NCBI GenBank assembly: GCA_052168235.1
Contig: JBQLZK010000001.1
Location: 295,791-359,790, forward strand
Reading direction: 5' to 3'
Length of the DNA: 64,000 nucleotides
DNA from: Thainema sp.
Lineage (GTDB): Bacteria > Cyanobacteriota > Cyanobacteriia > Phormidesmidales > Phormidesmidaceae
Position numbers and translations under genes: made by a program. Positions 59,867-64,000 of the stretch are shown piece after piece; within the stretch, counting starts at the first letter, position 1; the number at the start of each line of letters is the position of its first letter. A model generated the notes under the pieces. That model did no database searches. It worked only from the letters and a program-made list of their open reading frames with translations, and had not been told where the DNA came from.

Positions 59867-61642
59867 TTACCGACGTTTGACCAGCTTAAGAATGGTTTTA
59901 ACCAGACGGTTAACTTCAAGTGGTTTTGGCAGATGCGCTTGGAATCCGACGGCTAAAGCTCGGGTTTGATTCGCTTGACCGACATGGGACGTAAGTGCGA
60001 TCGCAGGAATGTGGCGAGTTTGAGGATCGTTACGAATGGCCTGCATCAGCATATAGCCATCCATTTCCGGCATGCCGATATCACTAATCACAATATCTGG
60101 ATCGGATTGCCGCAGGGCATCAAGCGCATTCGTTGCTGACGATACCGTTGTGACAGTGGCACCATACATTTCGAGTGTAAAGGTAATCAACTCACGGCTG
60201 TCATCGTCATCTTCAATGACAAATACATGGATATTGGTCAGTGCGTAATCACCAGCCACAATCCTATCGGATTCCGGTGTCGGAACAAGATCAGCAACCA
60301 GTGGTAATTGAACGGTAAATGTTGAGCCTTGACCGTCACCTGGGCTTGCCGCTTCGATCGTGCCGCCATGTAAATCGACGATCTGTTTTGCGATCGCTAA
60401 TCCTAAACCCAGGCCGCCAAAGCTTTTGGTCGTCGTGCTATCTCCCTGCTGAAAGCGATCAAAGACATATGGCAGAAACTCAGCCGCGATGCCTTTTCCC
60501 GTATCGCTAACGGTGATTTGAGCATAGGTAGATGAACGGATAGATGGGTTGGTTGATTGGCGGATGGATGGGGACTTTCCCACTTCCTCACTCTCCCACG
60601 CTTCCGCTCTCCTACTCATATCTCCACTAACCTCTTCTAATCTCACCTCTACCCGGCCTCCATCTGGCGTAAACTTTACCGCATTCGATAGTAAGTTCCA
60701 AAAGACTTGTTTCAGCCGGGTCGCATCTCCTAAAACCTGTGCTGGAGTCTGATTTGCTTCAATTTGAATTACAATCCCTTTTGTTTCTGCGGCTGTTTGG
60801 ACAGTGGACATCGCGTCCTTAATAATCGGGATCAGGGGAACTGGCCCCATGTTGAGGATGAGCTTATTTTCGAGAATCCGAGAAATATCCAACAAGTCAT
60901 CAATCATTTGAGCTTGTGACTTGGCGTTCCGCTCAATGGTCTCTAGCGCCCGTTGAGTCGTCTTCTCATCAAACTGGCGCGACAGCAGCAGTTTCGACCA
61001 GCCTAAAATGGGATTCAGTGGCGATCGCAGTTCATGGGACAAAACAGCTAAAAACTGATCCTTAAGCTGGTTAGCTCGTTCTGCAACTTCCTTAGCAGCT
61101 TGGGTTTCAATTCGGAGTTCACGTTCGCGGCGTTCACTGATAATTTTTTCGGTTGTTTCATTGACGGCAATAAAAATGCCGCCAACGGTGCCAGGACTTT
61201 CCCAAATGGGTGTGTAAGAAAAGGTAAAGTAGCCTTCTTCCGGCTGGCCATATCGATCTAACATCAAAAGCTGATCTTCCGACCATGTGGCTGTACCCGT
61301 TTCTACCACTCGATCTAGCATCGGCCCCACCAGATGCCACACTTCCTGCCAGCAATCTTGCCCCCGTTGCCCTAGTGCGGTTGGATGCTTATCGCCTGCG
61401 ATCGCAATATAGGCATCGTTATAAAACTGGACGTACTCTCTACCCCACAAAATCTGCATGGGAAACTTAGACAGCAGCAAAATTTGCAGCGCGACTTTGA
61501 GGCTTTGAGGCCAGGCATCAATTGAACCAATTGCGGTGGATGTCCAATCAAATGCTTGAATTCGGGCACCCATCTCTCCACCATGCGCAAAGAGATGTGC
61601 TAACAGATCGGTTTCGGGCAGCTTAATTGGGCCATCTTCCAT
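59867..61642 (-). CDS. Hybrid histidine kinase (PAS-like, HisKA, HATPase, REC)
   Basis: GGEMGARIQAFDW..WPQSL sensor, LSHELRSPL, NLLSNAVKFT, GGLGLGL, IEDD..ISDIGMP..PKP. Confidence 0.92.
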   Translation of the reverse strand: MEDGPIKLPETDLLAHLFAHGGEMGARIQAFDWTSTAIGSIDAWPQSLKVALQILLLSKFPMQILWGREYVQFYNDAYIAIAGDKHPTALGQRGQDCWQEVWHLVGPMLDRVVETGTATWSEDQLLMLDRYGQPEEGYFTFSYTPIWESPGTVGGIFIAVNETTEKIISERRERELRIETQAAKEVAERANQLKDQFLAVLSHELRSPLNPILGWSKLLLSRQFDEKTTQRALETIERNAKSQAQMIDDLLDISRILENKLILNMGPVPLIPIIKDAMSTVQTAAETKGIVIQIEANQTPAQVLGDATRLKQVFWNLLSNAVKFTPDGGRVEVRLEEVSGDMSRRAEAWESEEVGKSPSIRQSTNPSIRSSTYAQITVSDTGKGIAAEFLPYVFDRFQQGDSTTTKSFGGLGLGLAIAKQIVDLHGGTIEAASPGDGQGSTFTVQLPLVADLVPTPESDRIVAGDYALTNIHVFVIEDDDDSRELITFTLEMYGATVTTVSSATNALDALRQSDPDIVISDIGMPEMDGYMLMQAIRNDPQTRHIPAIALTSHVGQANQTRALAVGFQAHLPKPLEVNRLVKTILKLVKRR

Positions 61643-61747
61643 CAGTATGAGACCAAATAGGGTTTCCGATGCGATCGCATCATCTTTATCTATGGTATCG
61701 TCACGATTTTGCTATTTTCCTCAATTCAACTGAATCTGTCTAATCTG

Positions 61748-61985
61748 CAAAACTGCGATCGCACTTTCACTTCTCTACCAAAACCGCGATCGCACTTCTA
61801 ACCCTCTATCGCACTTTCACTGAATGCCATCGCAGTTACCCGCAATCACCGAGATTTTTCGCAAATTCCAGGCTTGCAGCTAGAAAATTGGGCTGAATAG
61901 GTCTATGGCGATTGGGAAGTGCGATCGCGCTTTCACTTCTTTACCAAAACTGAGATCGCACTTTCTCTAGGTGCGATCTCAGTAC
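61748..61985. repeat. HIP1-based composite repeat: unit A, unit B, then a second unit A
   Basis: A = GCGATCGCACTTTCACTTCTYTACCAAAACYGCGATCGCAC at 61755 and 61921; B = GATCGCACTTCTAACCCTCTATCGCACTTTCACTGAATG..CGCAGTTACCCG.. at 61788-61900. Confidence 0.85.
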
Positions 61986-62046
61986 CTTGCCCTTTCTAGG
62001 ATTGCTACAATTTGGTGCATAGGTTCTATGAAACAGGACTCACAAT

Positions 62047-62301
62047 ATGGCAATCGTCATTACCCTTAGCCCTGAATTAGAGGCGCTGTTGCTTGATAAA
62101 GCTGCTCAGCGAGGAGAAGACGTTAATTCTGTTGCTTCTGAGTTATTAGCGAGTGCTTTAGAGTGGGAAACTCAGGACTCAGCAGAGGCTGTTAAAGGCA
62201 TTCAGCAGGGGCTGGATGCCTTTGAAGCTGGTCGATTTCGTTCGTTTGACGAATTTGCACAAGAACAGCGTCATAAGTACGATTTGCCAGCAGACACATG
62301 A
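62047..62301 (+). CDS. Putative antitoxin (ParD/CopG-like)
   Basis: ITLSPELEALL..AAQRG..GIQQGLDAFEAGRFRSFDEF; ATGA overlap with the toxin. Confidence 0.8.
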   Translation: MAIVITLSPELEALLLDKAAQRGEDVNSVASELLASALEWETQDSAEAVKGIQQGLDAFEAGRFRSFDEFAQEQRHKYDLPADT

Positions 62302-62639
62302 AATATCGGATTGAGATTTCGAGCGTAGCAGAAGCTGAGGCAGATCGAGCTTTCCTGCGATTGTCCCAAATCGCATCTCCAGCAACGGCTAAGCATTGGT
62401 ACGCGGGCTTGATACAGGCTATTGAATCGTTGTCTCAGATGCCTAAACGCTGTCCACTAGCGAGAGAAAATTCGTATTTCAGCCAAGAGATCCGTCAGCT
62501 AGTTTATGGCAAAGGACGGAGTTCATACCGTGTTCTTTTCACGATTCTTGAAGAACAGGAAAGAGCAACGGTTCGTATTTTGCATATTCGTCATGGTTCT
62601 CAGCAGGCGCTTGGCGAAAGTTTGGATGAGGACGAATGA
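62298..62639 (+). CDS. RelE/ParE family toxin
   Basis: MKYRIEISSVAEAE..W..AIESLSQMPKRCPLARE..IRQL.YG..YRVLFTI..VRILHIRH. Confidence 0.88.
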   Translation: MKYRIEISSVAEAEADRAFLRLSQIASPATAKHWYAGLIQAIESLSQMPKRCPLARENSYFSQEIRQLVYGKGRSSYRVLFTILEEQERATVRILHIRHGSQQALGESLDEDE

Positions 62640-62679
62640 TCGCACTTTCACTTCTTTACCAAAACTGCGATCGCACTTT
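62638..62679. repeat. HIP1-based repeat unit A, copy between TA modules
   Basis: GATCGCACTTTCACTTCTTTACCAAAACTGCGATCGCACTTT, overlapping the toxin stop codon. Confidence 0.85.
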
Positions 62680-62688
62680 GGCTATCCG

Positions 62689-62973
62689 TTAGCGTTGGGT
62701 TACTTCACCTAATGCTTCCTGTAGCACTTCTTCGCTGACACCATGACGTTTTAGGCTATCGATTAGCGCAGTAACCGTATCACTTTCTAGACGTTCTAAA
62801 TCGGCACGCAGTCCTTGTCCGATGTACGCACGGGCTAAGGGTTGATAACCTGAAAAGCCAAGTAGGGGTGCAAGTCGCTTGAGATCTTCAATCACATCCT
62901 CGGGCATCCGAATGGTGACTGTCGTCATAGGCCGATTTTTATCGAGTCGTTTTTTGAATGCTTCAATTTTCAT
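62689..62973 (-). CDS. Ribbon-helix-helix antitoxin (BrnA/CopG-like)
   Basis: RPMTTVTIRMPEDVIEDLKRLA..GYQPLARAYI; overlaps the brnT stop. Confidence 0.8.
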   Translation of the reverse strand: MKIEAFKKRLDKNRPMTTVTIRMPEDVIEDLKRLAPLLGFSGYQPLARAYIGQGLRADLERLESDTVTALIDSLKRHGVSEEVLQEALGEVTQR

Positions 62974-63259
62974 AGAGGTTACGCTCCTGACGAGTCGCTT
63001 TGCGAGCTGAGATAATGCGAATGATGTCGTTTTTGCGCTCAATGTAGACGACGTATAGCAGGTTCCATTGTCGGTCTAATCCAATAACAGCATCTCGTGC
63101 TTCATTATTACGACTGGCATCAACAACAATGAGAAACGGATCGAAAAAGGCTTCCGCAGCTTGCTGAAACGTGACACCATCATGATTTACGGGATTGATC
63201 CTGGCTTTTTCGTCGTCCCAAACGAAAGTGATGTCATTGAGAACGAAATGCACGTCCAT
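62963..63259 (-). CDS. brnT: BrnT family toxin
   Basis: FVWDDEKARIN..HDGVTFQQAAEAFFDP..EAR..IG..IRIISARKAT.QER..Y. Confidence 0.88.
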   Translation of the reverse strand: MDVHFVLNDITFVWDDEKARINPVNHDGVTFQQAAEAFFDPFLIVVDASRNNEARDAVIGLDRQWNLLYVVYIERKNDIIRIISARKATRQERNLYEN

Positions 63260-63323
63260 GTTTTTAGTGTAATGAGAACGTATTTACAACGTCAATACAC
63301 TATATCGTTAGTAGATGTTGAGA

Positions 63324-63433
63324 GATCGCACTTCTAACCCTCTATCGCACTTTCACTGAATGCGATCGCAGTTACCCGTAACCACCAAGATTTTTCCAAT
63401 TTCAGGTTGACAACTAAAAGACTGGGTTGAGTA
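63324..63433. repeat. HIP1-based repeat unit B, second copy
   Basis: About 110-bp direct repeat of 61788-61900, near-identical over the first 55 bp or so. Confidence 0.85.
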
Positions 63434-63482
63434 ATGATTGTGGCTGCTAGAATGACGGCACATCTGTCACCATTGCATTAGT

Positions 63483-63812
63483 ATGGCTGTTGTGTCGTCC
63501 TTGGCGAAAACGTTGAACTTCCACATCCTTTTAGAACCTACGGAAACAGGGCAAATTTCAGCGTCAATTGCTGAGTTGGTAAATTGTCGTGTAGAAGCGA
63601 ATACTCGCCAGGAAGCACTGGTCAACATTCAAAAATTGGTTCAGCAAAGATTAAGTCAGGTTGAAGTACTGCCGCTAGATATTGCGCTAGAAGAACCCAG
63701 TCAAGAGAATCCTTGGACTGAGTTCATCGGTATGTTTGAAGAGGATGAGGATTTTGCAGAAATTTCGGCACAAATGCGGACAGAGCGTGAACAGGATACG
63801 GATTTGGTGTGA
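63483..63812 (+). CDS. HicB-like antitoxin
   Basis: FHILLE..ISASIAEL..VEANTRQEAL..ENPWTEFIGMFEEDEDFAEI. Confidence 0.75.
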   Translation: MAVVSSLAKTLNFHILLEPTETGQISASIAELVNCRVEANTRQEALVNIQKLVQQRLSQVEVLPLDIALEEPSQENPWTEFIGMFEEDEDFAEISAQMRTEREQDTDLV

Positions 63813-63985
63813 GTCGCTGGATTTTAGATACGGATCACGTTTCGCTGTTGCTGGCAGGGCATCCACAGGTTAGTCGTCGGGTAGCAGCGGTTGGTGCAGA
63901 TGTTGCTATCACAATTGTGACGGTTCAAGAGCTTTTTAACGGTTGGGTTGGGAGCACGTCATCCGCTGAGGAGATGAAAATATAA
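63809..63985 (+). pseudogene. VapC/PIN toxin truncated after about 48 codons
   Basis: GTG start in a GTGA overlap; WILDTDHVSL..VAITIVTVQELFNGWVG, then unrelated-looking sequence and TAA. Confidence 0.7.
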
Positions 63986-64000
63986 TGGAGTGAGTGCCCT

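Noticed and set aside
61748..63433. HIP1-based repeats as a CRISPR array
   Set aside because: Spacing is irregular, whole genes lie between copies, there are no uniform spacers and no cas genes are present.

Overview
Cyanobacterial chromosomal window. The HIP1 octamer GCGATCGC is pervasive, and STRR-type short repeats plus a glucosylglycerol hydrolase suggest a filamentous, salt-tolerant Leptolyngbya-like organism (inference). Core genes are gghA, purL-purF, ccs1 and ccsA, coaX, bcp, folK, tRNA-Gln, gap1, ychF, a NatB-like binding protein, gmd-fcl and sigA, with three multi-domain histidine kinases. Three regions stand out. (1) At about 14.0-15.05 kb there is an integrase-less integron cassette array (CALIN-like) with two complete attC-like sites, one half site and two small genes. 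(2) Toxin-antitoxin modules at 15.2-16.2 kb and 61.7-64 kb are each bounded by repeats built on an extended HIP1 motif (TGCGATCGCACTTT), resembling a repeat-delimited TA cassette array. (3) At 53.6-53.9 kb an NtcA box, a glutamine (glnA-type) riboswitch and a DUF4278 small protein form one unit. Also present: several genes broken by one or a few lesions, MITE/REP-like palindromes, and short repeats translated inside kinase domains. Family assignments come from motif recognition, not database searches.
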